A stretch of 64,000 nucleotides of DNA, taken from Antedon mediterranea. Taxonomy: Eukaryota > Animalia > Echinodermata. Both the position numbers and the translations under genes were made by a program. Positions 1-13,240 of the stretch are shown piece after piece (positions within the stretch are counted from its first letter, which is position 1; every line of letters starts with the position of its first letter). The stretch covers positions 13,596,871 to 13,660,870 of the forward strand of contig NC_092676.1 in NCBI RefSeq assembly GCF_964355755.1, given 5' to 3'. The notes beneath the pieces were generated by a model, which saw only the letters and a program-made list of their open reading frames with translations, ran no database searches and had not been told where the DNA came from.

Positions 1-3000
1 TTTAAACAGTCATAGTTCCTAAACTAAACGGTGAAAGTTATTTTTATTGCATATTCTGAAAGTTGATGAGTTGTAGATTTTGGATCATGCATTAATATGG
101 CTAACCGGACATTGTGACGTCACCGTATGGCCACGCGAATATAAAATATAGGATTTTTGTATCTTTCATCATAGCGCATGACATTTAATAGAGCGCATCT
201 CCAATTATCTGTTTTCCATTTTTACCCCGATTTTTATATTATGTAGGTCAATCAACTATCTTTCGTATGAGTTAAAAATATTTTAATTTTTATGACGTCA
301 TCATGTCTAGAAATGTAAATAACGTGGATCACTTATTTTTGTCTTTACAGTAAATTTTAATCTGTTATAGCTCGTCAGAATAAAACGTGATAATCATGAT
401 TAAAACGTTTTCTGGAAGCTATTGGATTGTAGATACGAATTTATGTAAACATTTTGCCAATCGGATCTTGTGACGTCATCATATGGCCAGTTGAATAAAA
501 AAAGTCGTATTTTCATATTTTGCGTCATAGTTCATTATATTTAAAAGAGCGCGCATCAATATTAAACGTATTCAAATTTCTTCTACACGTTAATATGTTG
601 TTGCTGAGATAATTTCCTTCCGAAATTGCTATCTTAGTGTTACAAATTTGAATAAATGGCGGGTCCCGTAATTTCATCTCTTCTACACTGTATGTAACAT
701 GTATACAGATTATACTGTTTGCATGTATATACTATATGACACAAAATTGACAGAATTCAGCACTAACAACATATCATATTCTTCAGATCAGGTCATAATG
801 CCATAATTTTTTTCTGTGTGCAATATTCTAACGTATGACGTGCACGTGGCGTTTGTCGTGGTGCGGATAACTAACTCGTCAATGTGACGAGTTTCATGTC
901 TAGTTAGTTATCCGCTCATGGCGGATAACTCCTTGTAACTGTCCTGTTTCATCATCTTTTTTTTTCTGTATTCTTCTTTCTTTCTGTCATTTTTGTGCAG
1001 AGCGTATCTCTAAAACCTGTAAAGTTAACATTTCATAACTTTGTCAACATATGGGCATTCACGTGAAGTTGTGCTTTCCTATTTTTGAATGATGTCAGAG
1101 TTGCGCAACATGACTTATGCGCGTTTTTATGAATTTCGCGTATTTAACATAGATCGAAAACCATAAAACAATTTAAATTGAAACTTAGCAAAAGTATAAT
1201 TTTTATCTTGCGCTAACTGTCTGTGGAAAAAAAATGGCATGTTTCACATAAAGTTACGCGCGCACGCACGTTTAAAATTTGAAAATGCGAAAATTCAATT
1301 TCTAATCAACTTTCTATGCGTTTCATGTCATTTTAAGCATGTCAAAAATTCCCAGGCGCGCGCAATTTTTTTACGTACGCGTGCGCACGTAGCGCAAAAA
1401 CACTTTTTTTTCGCGTGATTTATGTTTTTCCAGCCTTTTCTAGTAATTTTACAAACTTTTAAACAATTTCGACTTAAAATCACGTCATACGGGCACGTAG
1501 AATTGGATAATTTTCGCGAGTTTTTGATGAAAAAGTAAAAAAAATCGTCAAAATTTGTCAAAATTATGCCTTTTTTTAAACAGTCGTAATTTCTAAACTG
1601 GACGGTCAATTTTTTGTGGATGACATATTCTTGAAGTTGATGAGTTATAGATATCGGATCATGTATTAATATGGCTAACCGGACATTGTGACGTCATCGT
1701 ATGGCCACGCGAATATAAAATTTAAGATTTTTATATCTTTCGTCGTAGCCCATCACATTTAATAGAGCGCATCTCTACTTATCCGTTTTCCATTTTCACC
1801 CCGATTTTGATATTGTCTAGATCAATCAACTATCTTTGGCATGAGTTAAAAATATTTTAATTTTTATTACGTCATCATGTCTAAAAACGTTAATAACGTG
1901 GGTCAATTATTTTCATCTTTACAGTAAATTTCAATCTGTTATAGCTCGTCAGAATAAAACGTGATAATCATGATTAAAACGTTTTCTGGAAGCTATTGGA
2001 TTGTAGATACAAATTTATGTAAACATTTTGCCAATCGGATGTTGTGACGTCATCATATGACCAGTTAAATAAAAAAAGTTGTATTTTCATCTTTTGCGTC
2101 ATAATTCATCACATTTAAAAGGGCACGCATCAATATTTTACGTATTTAAATTTCTTCTACACATTAATATGTTGTTGCCGAGATAATTTCCTTCCGAAAT
2201 TGCTATCTTAGTGTTTCATTTTGAAACCGTCGCTATGTTAAAAATTGGAATAAATGGCGGGTCCAGTCATTTCACCTATTCTACCCTGTATTAAATATGT
2301 ATACAGATTATATTGTATAATAATGACACAAAATAACAGAATTCAGCAATAACAACATATCATATTCTTCAGTTCAGGTCATATTGCCATAATCTTTTTC
2401 TGTGTGCAATATTCTAACGTATGACGTCTACGTGGCCTTTGTCGTGCGGATAACTAACTCGTCAAAGTGACGAGTTACATGTCTAGTTTCTCTTCTTTCT
2501 TTCTGTATGATTTTTGTGGAACGCTTTTCTCTAAAACTTGCAAACATAACATTTTGTAACTTTCTCAACATATCGTCATGCACATGAAGATGTGCAGCGA
2601 AGCTTTTCATGATGTTTACAATTGCGCAACGTGACTTACACACGAATTAACGATTTTGTCGTATTTAACATAGCTCGACAACCAAATAACATTTCAACTT
2701 GAAACTTTGCAAAAGTTTAATTTATATCATGCGCTAACTTTCTGTTGAAAAAAAATTGCGTGTTTTACACAAAGTTACGCGCGCACGCGCATTTAAAATT
2801 TCAAAATGCGCAAAATTAATTTATAATCAACTTTCTACGTGTTTCATGTCGTTTTAAGCATGTCAAAAATTCCCACGCGTGCGCACATTTTTACGTGTGC
2901 GGTGCGCACGTAGCATTGAAAATGTATTTTTTTCGCGTGATTTATGTTTTTCCAGCTTTTTCTAGTAATTTTACCAAATTTTAAACAATTTCGACTTAAA

Positions 3001-5524
3001 GATACGTCATACGAGCACGTCGAATTGGACAATTTGCGCGCGTTTTTTATGAAAAGGTTAAAAAATTCGTTTAAAATATGCCTTTTTTTAAACAGTCGTA
3101 ATTTCTAAACTAGACGGTCAACTTTTTGTCGATGGCATATTCTGATGAGATGAGTTGTAGATATCGGATCAGGTATTAATATGGCTAACCGGACATTGTG
3201 ACGTCATCGTATGGCCACGCGAATATAAAATTTAGGATTTTTGTATCTTTCGTCATAGCTCATCACATTGAATAGAGCGCATCTCCAATTATCCGTTTTT
3301 CATTTTCACCCCGATTTTGATATTGTCTAGGTCAATCAACTATCTTTCGCATAAGTTAAAAATATTTTAATTTTTTTGACGTCATCATGCCTAAAAATTT
3401 AAATCACGTGTGGCATTAATTTCATCTTTACAGTAAATTTTAATCTGTTATAGCTCGTAAGAATAAAATGTGATAATCACGATTAAAACTTTTTCTGGAA
3501 GCTATTGGATTGTAGATACGAAATTATGTAAAAATGTTGCCAATCGGATGTTGTGACGTCATCATATGGCCAGTTAAATAAAAAAGGTCGTATTTTCATC
3601 TTTTGCGTCATAATTCATTACATTTAAAAGAGCGCGCACCAATATTTAACGTATTCAAATTTCTTCTACACGCTAATACGTTGTTGCTGAGATAATTTCC
3701 TTTCGGAATTGCTACCTTCGCGTTTCATTTTAAAACCGTCAACATGTTAAAAATTGCAATAAATAGCGGGTCCCGTAATTTCACCTATTCTACACTGTAT
3801 GTAATATGGATACAGATTATACTGTGTATTCTATATATGAATTTAAATAATAAAATTCAGCAATAACAACATATTATATTCTTCAGTTCAGGTCATAATG
3901 CCAACGTGAACACTTCCTTTTGTCCTCAACCTATCCCCTTAATGTTAATGTTGCACCACTTGCGTGGCGAATAACCAAACTCGTCAAAGTGACGAGTTAC
4001 ATGTTCTTATGATTCTTCTTTATTTCTCTCTGTACAGATTTTGTGTAACAAATATCTCAAAAAGTTTAATGTTAATGATTACCAAAATTTCACAATGTCT
4101 TTCAAATACTTTAACTTAGTCCTAATAAGCTTTTCAGCGTGATCACTGATCCGTGACGTCATTTATACGCCATTTTGTGAAATCACATTATCAATCATAT
4201 ATCTCCATAATTCATTATCACATATTAACGACACGTAAACTTCAGGTCAAGGGTAAAAATATTAGCAAATAAAAACGCACGCGCATGTAGGGTCATGCGC
4301 GTGAAATTGCGCGTTAAAAATTTAAAAGGCTCAAAATTAAGTTTTGATCAATTTAGAGCATGAATTGGGCCATTTGCGTGTTTCAAAAAATTACTGCGCA
4401 AAAACACGTTTTTGCGCGCGCGATACTTAAAAAGCGTAAAAATACGATTTTTTTTTACAAATCGCATTCTACTCACATTAACCAAATTTGAGTCAGTTCC
4501 GACTTAAAATAACGCTATACGAGCAGGTTCAAAATGTCAAAATGCGCAAATTAATTGCATCAAAGTGCTGAAAATTGTGAAAAATAAGGCATTTTTAAAA
4601 TGAAAATAATTCTTCAGAATGCACGATGACCCCTAAGTTTTTTAACTTATTCGGGAAGCCATTGAGTTGTAGATATAAATGTATATACACATTAGACGTA
4701 CAAAATGGTATTACGTCATCAAATGGCCACTTGAATTTAAAAATTAGGATTTTTTTCCGTTTTGTGTAGGTTAATCACATTCAATAGAGCGCATCTCCGC
4801 TATTTGAGCTCGATTTTCGCACAAATTTCAGTGTGTGCTCTCTTAATTATTTATCTTTCTCATAAGTTGTCAGCGTTTTCATTTTGATGACGTCATCACG
4901 CGTAAAAACTTGAATAACGTAAGTCGTGTAATTTCACCTTTGCCGTAAATTTGAATATTATTCTTACAGCTCTTCAGAATTGAAGGTTACCTTGATGATT
5001 ATAATTTATTATGAAAGCTGATGAAATGTAGATATGAATTCATATAAAAATCAAGCCTATTGGATGTTGTGACGTTAACGTATGGCCAGATGAAGTTAAA
5101 AAGTAGTTTTTAAATTTCTTTAGTCAAAGTTATAAAAATTTCAAAGAGCGCGCATTGCGCTTCTACGTGTCAAATTCTCTTCCAATCCTTATATTTATTT
5201 GCTCAATTCATTATCTTTCGAAATTGTCATCTTCGAGTTTATTTTGATAATTCCATCATACCAAAAAATTTGAACATGATGTGGGTCCGTAATTTCACCT
5301 ATGCTACACTGTATATAGATATACAGTATATGCTGTACATATTGTATATGGCATATAATAGGCACAACTCAGCACTATAAGCGTATGCATCATGTCATAG
5401 GATGGCGTACATCAACTTTTTACGATCGTATGTTAACGTACATGCATGTTGAAAAAGTGTTAATTTCATTTAAATGATAAAAATGATCACCTATAATTCG
5501 TCAAAGTGACGAATTAAATTCTAG
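1..5524 (+). mobile_element. Tandem/nested array of four ~1.5-kb non-autonomous Helentron/Helitron (DINE-1/HINE-like) copies
   Basis: Homologous blocks recur at 1, ~1576 and ~3087, with a diverged fourth copy. Each unit ends in a hairpin (AACTCGTC-n5-GACGAGTT, or AATTCGTC-n5-GACGAATT in unit 4). CTAG|T follows at 900-903, 2483-2486 and 5521-5524; unit 3 (~4005) lacks CTAG. Confidence 0.8.
904..2486 (+). mobile_element. Structurally complete Helentron/DINE-like unit
   Basis: Starts TT, then 5' palindrome AGTTATCCGC-tcatg-GCGGATAACT, a TC-rich microsatellite, 3' subterminal GCGGATAACT, hairpin and CTAG. Confidence 0.75.
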
Positions 5525-6201
5525 TTTGGCTTTATAACTGTGACTACATTCAGACATGGTATGGTATAGTTGAAATATAGCTACTATAGCAGTTATAGCT
5601 AAGGTTTCAGGCAAGTGAACAATGTGTCACAGTAGGATAGTAGTATAACAGCTATTCCAGCTATTGTTATAGCTGGTGAAAAGCAATTGCACAGCTACAT
5701 ATTTGTTTGCTATTTATGGCTATGACGAATAGCAATTGCACAACTTTTTGTTTGCTATTTATGGCTATATCAAGTATATAGCAATTATACAGCTATTTAA
5801 TTGCTATTTAAGGCTATATTAAGTGTAAGTAATTACACAGCTATTTGTTTGCTATTTATGGCTATTAGAGTATAGCAATTGCATAGCTATGTGTTTGCTA
5901 TTTATGGCTATATCAAGTATATTACACAGCTATTTATTTACTATTTATGGCTATATAAAGTATAGCAATACACAGCTATTTGTTTACTATTTATGGCTAT
6001 AACAAGTACAGCAATTACACAGCTATTTATTTGCTATTTATGGCTATATCAAGTACAGCAATTACACAGCTATTTATTTACTATTTATTGGCTTTATCAA
6101 GTACAGCAATTTCACAGCTATTTATTTCCTATTTATGGCTATATCAAGTATAGCAATTACTGTACACAGCTATTTATTTGCTATTTTTGCTATATGAAGT
6201 A

Positions 6202-7770
6202 CAGTAGAACCTCCATTTTACCATGGACCGAAAGGCGTACGTAAAACAAGGGATTCGTAAAATCAAGGTTGACCTTAAATTGACCTCCAAATACGTAGAT
6301 CGTAGCTAAAAAAAAAGGCTGCCGTGTTTGCCTACAGCATGCAGGTGGTCACTAGATTAGCGGGTGTCACGAAACCTAAGACCACGAAAGCTAAGACCCC
6401 CTAAGACCTAAGATCACGAAAGCTAAGACCCAAGACCTAAGATTACAAATTCTAAAATATACTACAGCTTAAAAACAATACTTGTTTATCCATACATAAT
6501 TTTAAACACAGTAGGTTTCATTTATTACCATAAATATAATTTAATACCACCGCAAAACATAGATAAACTCACATTATTTTCGCCCGTTGAGTAAATGTAT
6601 ATTTTTTCTTTACAACAAACAAACTTGATGGGGTGTTTGTTTGTATATATTTACTCCATTGTGTTGGTTCAGAGGATGTTTTTCTGACGCACCTGCCTTT
6701 CTTGTATTTTGACTCCAAATTTGTTGACTAACTTTATCCTGAACACCACACTTTAAAATTAGGACTTATAAGTACTTTCAGAAGGAGAAACACATAATAA
6801 CAAATAAATAAATCCTTTAAATTTATGATTTTACAGATGTGTTTCTTTGTATACTGTAATGTAACTCCTCGAGCTCCCCATGCTCAATGTTTTTGTTTCT
6901 ATGGAGCGCCAAAAGAGCAACAATAATAGTACAAGTATAAAAACAGAAAGAAAACGAAACAAAAAAACTTATCATGATTTTTTAATTAAAATTTATTTGC
7001 CAGTATTTATTTCCTCGTACTTGCATGATTATACTATTATCATTACATTGTTCCATCCACACTGTAGATGGACTCCACAGAGTTTTCAGCCCTCTATATA
7101 ATTTTTGCTCTTTTGACATTCCATAGAAACAAAAACATTGAACATGGGGTAGGCCTACTGTACTGTAGGCTACTCATTTTGTGTGCGAGAAAAACGTCTG
7201 TAAAATCATCAATTTAAAAATGTATTTGTTACTTTTTATGTGATTCTTTTTCATGAAAGTGCCAATTCTAAGGTGTGGTATTCAGAATAAATGCTGGGAG
7301 TTAAAATACAAGGCAGGTGCGAAAGATAAATATTTGTAATCTTAGGTCTTGGGTCTTAGCTTTCGTGATCTTAGGTCTTAGGGGGTCTTAGCTTTCGTGG
7401 TCTTAGGTTTCGTGACACCCCTAGATTAGCTAGGCCCTTCCTAGGCCTAGGCTAGACCAATCTAGGCCAGGCTAGCGGGCCTAGCAAGATGTGAGGCCTA
7501 GAAAAGTACAGTATATACAGACTGTGCGATTTAGTCTAAATAAAGTGTTATAAATAAAATATCAATGTTCTTGTATTTTCTATCAATAAAAACAGTCGCT
7601 GTATGTTGTAGGGGAATGCACATGAGTTCCTCACACAGCCATGGGTTTGTGCTTTGTTGTTGTTAAATTGCGCCCTCAATGTAAGAAAATGATGATGTCA
7701 TCGGTCATTTTAAGCGTACGTAAAATCAAGGGAACGTATAATCAGGGTACGTAAAACGAAGGTTCTACTG
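6202..7770. mobile_element. pogo/Tigger-like (Tc1/mariner) MITE
   Basis: TIRs CAGTAGAACC...GGTTCTACTG, TA on both flanks, internal CGTAAAA(T)CAAGG repeats. Confidence 0.8.
6362..7420. mobile_element. MULE/Foldback-like palindromic non-autonomous element
   Basis: TIR GGGTGTCACGAAACCTAAGACC... at both ends; perfect 10-bp TSD CTAGATTAGC (6352-6361 / 7421-7430). Confidence 0.8.
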
Positions 7771-9420
7771 TATAGCAATTACACAGCTATTTATTTGCTA
7801 TTTATGCTTTATCAAGTACAGTATAGCAATTTGCACAGCTACAGTATTTTCTTGCTATCTATGGTTATGCTATTTGATGGCTATATAGTTTGCTATTAAT
7901 TGCTATGACCAATCCTGCCCCCCAAAATCACGTTTTTTATTTTATTCAATTCACAACCAACAGCGATGAAACCGCCACTAACAGATTGAATTTAAACATA
8001 ATAAACTATAATAATAAATTCAAATAAGCAACAATAACATAAACAAAGATTGAAACATTATAGTGATTTTCATATGTTGTAGAAGCTGAGATATGAGGAA
8101 AAACACAAATCAGTTGAGAAACACTTTCTAATTTCGGAAATACTATCAAAATTCATGAAAATTTCCTTTTTTCTGACACGTCAACTGGAGCTGGAGTGTG
8201 TTTCTTTATCTTTCATTCATTCATTCATTCTGCTTTTATTCAATATTTCTCTTTGCAGTATATATAAAATAAAACTGAATTGCGAGAGATTTACATATAA
8301 AATTGGTACAAGCTTTCAAACATCAAAATTTACAACATTAAAAAGTTAAAAAGTTAAAAAAAATATTTTTAAAAAGGAGATATTACACATGGAAGAAACT
8401 GATGAAAGTACTTATTACTTATTATTATTATTATTGTTGTGTTTATTTTGGTTTTTTAATTAGTCTACACAGTGCTGGGAAATCTGCTTTTAGCCACATA
8501 GTTACCAACCATCTTGCATCGTGCAGGACGGTCCCGCATTTGATTTTTAATGAAACACGAATTTTGAAAAAAACACATGCATGACCACATATTTGTCACA
8601 CATGCAGCAGAAGTAATATGCGTGATCATTTCTTTATCACAATTTGAGAGGAAAATGCATTCAAATTAAGTGGTATGTTTTAAAAGTATAGAACAATGCG
8701 AGTATTCATATTATAACCCTACACATATCAACAAAAATAGGTAACTACAATTATTTTTACAAATTTCCACATTTGAGGGTAACATGTTTGCACAAATGTG
8801 GTTATTTGCAAAAATGTGACTTTTTGCACTTTTCACAGCTCAAGAGGCTCCCTGGCCTCCAGCCCTAGTTGCATTCTCAATCATAGTGCGACAGTCAAAA
8901 TACATCGCTGGATCCCCTCATATTTCAACGAGAAGCAAAAACATCAATTTTAAATTCCCAAGCATTGTCATCTTGCTATTGAAAATCTGTTCGTTTAGTA
9001 ATCATTCACAATTAATTGAATTCATTCACTGAATGCTGCCAATCAATATGTGATGAGTTACACCATCTCCAGATTAACTCTAATTTTCGACCTCCCTTGT
9101 GATTAATGTTAAGTGCTGTAGTGGTATCTATCTAACTCTTTTTTATTTACCCCTCTGTTTAAAAAAGACCAAGAATCCCAAGTAATTCCAGATTTTTCTT
9201 ATTATACAAGGATTTTTCTACCTTAAATCATATTTCTTTCCTCACTTTCTCATCTCCTAAATGTACTTCCCCAGATTAACTTTACATGAAATGCTTTATG
9301 TTAGTATATAGTATCCAAATAATGAATGTTTATGAGTGGAATGGTACAAATAATAGCATGAGGTGAATGACATTATTTGTACCATTCCACGAATACAAAA
9401 CATTTATTACTGTATATATA

Positions 9421-10516
9421 GGGTGTCACGAAACCTAAGATCACGAAAGCTAAGACCCCCTAAGATCACGAAACCTAAGACCCAATACTTCTCTTTCGCA
9501 CCTTCCTTGTATTTTAACTCTAAACTTGTTAACCAACTTTATCCTGAATACCACACCTTAGAATTAAGAAGAATCAATAAAATAACAATAAATTCTTAAA
9601 ATAAATTGATGATTTTACAGACTTTTTTCTCATGCGAATTTCGCACACTCTATGTTCAATATTTTGTTTCTATGGAACGCCAAAATAGCAACATTAATAG
9701 AGGGCTAAAAGCTATGTGGAATCCATCTATTTAACTCATTTTTTGGTGAAAATCATGTTCAATTCAATATATTTTGTCACTATCAATACAAATAAAATGT
9801 TACTGTTGATACTTTACTTTTCGTTAACTTTAAGAATAAAATCGACAAATTCATCATATCCCCTTAGGTTGCCCTTATGACTAGGCCTAGGGTAAAGTAG
9901 TGATGCTGATTTTAAGATCGATTAATATTCTTTGAAAATTTAAAAGTATCAGCAGTAACATTACAGCATTTTTATTGACAAATTGACAAAATATATTGAA
10001 CAAATTAAACGTGCATTTCACTCTTTTGGCGCTCCATAGAAACGAAAATATTGAAAGTTGAGTATGCGAAAGTGTGCAAGAAACACGTCTGTAAAATCAC
10101 CAATTTTTATTTATAAATAATACCAAGTATTTATTTGTTACTTTTTCTGTGAATCTCTTAGTTAGTTTAATTTATTTGGAGTCAAAAGACAATGCAGGTG
10201 CGAAAGGGAAACACACCCTGAAACCAACACAATGGAGTAAATATATATCAACAAGCAAACCGTCCAGTTTGTTTGTTATGAAACAAAGCTATATATTTAC
10301 TCAACGGATGAAAATATTGTGAGTTTATTTCTGTTTGTGATAAGTATTTAATTAAATTAAAATTATGGTAAAAAGCATTAATAAATGAAACCTATTATGT
10401 TTAAAATTGTGTATAGATAGACAATTATTGATTTTAGGTCTTGGGTTTCGTGTTCTTACAGTAGGTCTTACTCTTAGGGGTCTAATAGATTTTATGTCTT
10501 AGGTTTCGTGACACCC
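9421..10516. mobile_element. Second, diverged copy of the GGGTGTCACGAAACC element (inverted relative to 6362-7420)
   Basis: Same TIRs; internal homology to 6362-7420 in reverse orientation; TSD not clear. Confidence 0.75.
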
Positions 10517-11235
10517 ATATTTTATAAATCTAAATAGATTCCTGTCATTTGAATCAGATTGAATAAAAAGTACAGTAAGTCTACATTTTATTCACATTGT
10601 AAAAGTAACAGTTATTTGTTTTTTTTTATAATATATTAAATATTATATTTATTTGGATTTTATAAACACACCTACAGTACTGTAGTGTTAATATGTCAAC
10701 AGACAACCAAACAATACTAGGCCTAGCTAGGCTTAGAAAAGCAGAGATACCATTACGAAAGTTTGACAGACAACTGGAACTACAGTAAGTTAATTCTGTT
10801 GTTTGTTTCCAACGATTTCACGTCTTTTTGAGATGTTTCCATTAATTAATCGAAATCATAAAAACGATCTAAAGCTAATTTAAATTCTTTTTTTTTGTCT
10901 AAATTAGTACATCCCTCCAAAAATGTACTTCCGTCAGGATAAACTTGTGTCATTGCGGCGGAAGTACAAAATAGACGGCGCTGTTGGATTTCTAAAGTAC
11001 TGTAATAGTCTAAAAAATATTTTCAAAACGCGAAAAGATTTTTTTTGTACTACACATAAAAAAATGAAAAAAAAAAGTACTATTTAAAGACTGATAAATA
11101 CTGCGTACTATTGCATGCCATGTGACCCACAACCATCCAATCAAATGACAAGAATTTATTTAGGTGTTACATAATAATATAAATAATAATAATAATAATA
11201 TGTGCTAAATAAAATATACTTATTTCTGTATACAG

Positions 11236-12003
11236 TATTTATAAGGTTGGTGTGGGGATTATGGGGGACGTTACAAGATTACAGAAGGACTATGGAATAA
11301 CATTCCGTGGTATTGTGGATCTACGTCACATAGCTCAACGGCATAGATCTATTGAACAGCATATTCACGGTGGAAGTCTGAAAGAGTTAAGTGAAGTTGT
11401 ACTTTCTCTAGAAATGAATAAGTCGTACAATTTGAGATGTAGTAACTGGGAGGCTGAATCTCTTTCATCAGTACAAGTGCTCTATGCAGCAAATGATGCA
11501 CTTGTTGCTATAGATATATTTCAGACAATGATAGAAATTAAATTGGAAAATGAATTACTTACCGCAACTGAAAAATGGAATCGAATCGCTGTACAATGTA
11601 AAGGGCTCGTTGATTGTGATTTTAAGGGTCGATTTAGTAGCCCCCAAAAAAAGTCTGAATTAAAATCACCATCTTCAAAACCTGGTAAAGCATCATCAAA
11701 ACCAGCAAGTAAGATGTACAGAGCTCGGAAAGAGCCACTTTATCATAACTGCAGGTTAGAAGCACCAGATGGTACACAACTTTGCATTTGCGATTTAAAG
11801 AAGGCTGAATGGTATGTAAGGAAGGGTATAGGAACTTTGATATCTGATAATGAGCCATACACTGTCAGGCTGAACTTTGTGCCAGCCGGAATACCTGGAA
11901 CCGAAAGACAATACTATCTTCAAGATAAGGAAAATATCTGTGTTGTGTGTGGCAGAGGGGACATGTACATGCGCAAGTATATAGTTCCTCACGAATATAG
12001 AAG
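11236..12003 (+). CDS. EXD2: EXD2 internal exon (C-terminal part of the DEDDy 3'-5' exonuclease domain, linker, start of HNH-like domain)
   Basis: Translation KVGVG...DLRHIA...SLKELSEVVL...CSNWEAESLSSVQVLYAANDA...PLYHNCRLEAPDG...KKAEWY...KENICVVCG...VPHEYR matches EXD2 motifs. Acceptor cag|11236 (an alternative AG lies at 11244-45); donor AG|GTATGT after 12003. Confidence 0.92.
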
Positions 12004-12296
12004 GTATGTCTATATAGTTGTTCATTAAATTCAGGCATATAGTGCATTATATTACATAGCCTATGTAAATACGTGAACCTGATTGGTTGAAACTGCATCA
12101 CATGACTACCGCTGCGAGGATTGTAAATCATATATATCCTCGAGTACGATGATATTGACTGAGTAATTTTCGCGTAATTATCGTGTCTCTGTCATTAAAC
12201 ATATCAAATCCAGCAAATTCTCGAGTACGATAATATTGACTGTGTAATTTTCGTGTGGCAACACTCACGTTTGGCGATAAATAAACAAAAGTCATC

Positions 12297-12366
12297 TACT
12301 GGGACTTGAACTCGCGATGATTTGTCACACCATTACAAGACGACGTTGCATTCATTGCGCCATTAA
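12297..12366 (-). other. tRNA-derived (SINE-head-like) Pol III A/B-box segment
   Basis: Minus strand TGGCGCAATG...GAGTTCAAGTCCC; no complete cloverleaf. Confidence 0.35.
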
Positions 12367-13076
12367 CTTGCCTGAAGAAATTAACCACCTAAACTTTTTA
12401 AACTATGCATACATAGTGCCCTCATTTGTTATTAGTCCTCCCTAGATGAGATGAGAGACTGTTTGTGATTGGTTAATACTCACAGTAGTAACCTGTTATG
12501 CGCAGCGCGTTGAACATCTGGCGATTCGGCTCCTCGAAGAAGACAAATTATTCGGCCTACCTGATAATAATATTATTATTGTTAATGTAGGCTTATTGAT
12601 GGATCCTCTGTTAATTTAAATGACCTAGGCCTAAGTGAATATTTTATTGCCAAGGAATCATTAATTAGTAATTATCTGTATATTATTCTTCGCAAGGTAA
12701 GGTGAACGCCTAACTAGACAGGCTTATTACATAAAGGAGGCCTAGCTACACCCGACCCAGCAGTTACATTCAACTTGTTGTTGGCTATGTAATATAACAG
12801 ATCGCCTTTTATATCGGTAAAATATAAAAGGTTTGATATCCACTCGGGAATGATATTATGTTTTCGGGAAATGATAGATATATTCCCTCGAACAAAATAT
12901 CATTTTGGGAATGTCAAATCTTATATTTAACCTCTAAGTAGTCAATATCTGTATACTGTATAATGTAAAAGTATTATGTGGTGAGCATCAGATGAACAAT
13001 ACACTTTCCAACAGTACTTCAAAAGAGGACTTGCTTGACTACAATTAAATATAACACATAATGTACTACTATCGTA

Positions 13077-13240
13077 TCTATATATAAATTATGGTTAATT
13101 CTGACATAGGCGAGCACAATGCAAAAACTTCGGTATAAATCTCCGCCTTGGATACCTACCTTATCTATCTCAGATGTACCGCGAAACGTAGATTTGATAA
13201 CATTAGTTTTCAGTACGACGCTATTATTCCATTTTTGTCT
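13077..13240 (+). mobile_element. Helitron 5' end (extent to the right unresolved)
   Basis: A|TCTATATATAAATTATGG start, near-identical to 32186-32330. Confidence 0.6.

Larger units (their letters stand above)
5680..7905 (+). repeat. ~47-bp minisatellite (TAGCAATTACACAGCTATTTATTTGCTATTTATGGCTATATCAAGTA), interrupted by a MITE
   Basis: About 11 units at 5680-6200; the register resumes at 7771-7905 after the insertion. Confidence 0.85.

Noticed and set aside
10920-10985. ETS-like inverted GTACTTCCG...CGGAAGTAC as an internal promoter
   Set aside because: Too short and without supporting context; probably internal to an unresolved MITE.
1-11235. Upstream EXD2 exons (ExoI motif, transmembrane N-terminus)
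   Set aside because: No matching peptide found; they are probably left of the window, though a very small exon could be missed.
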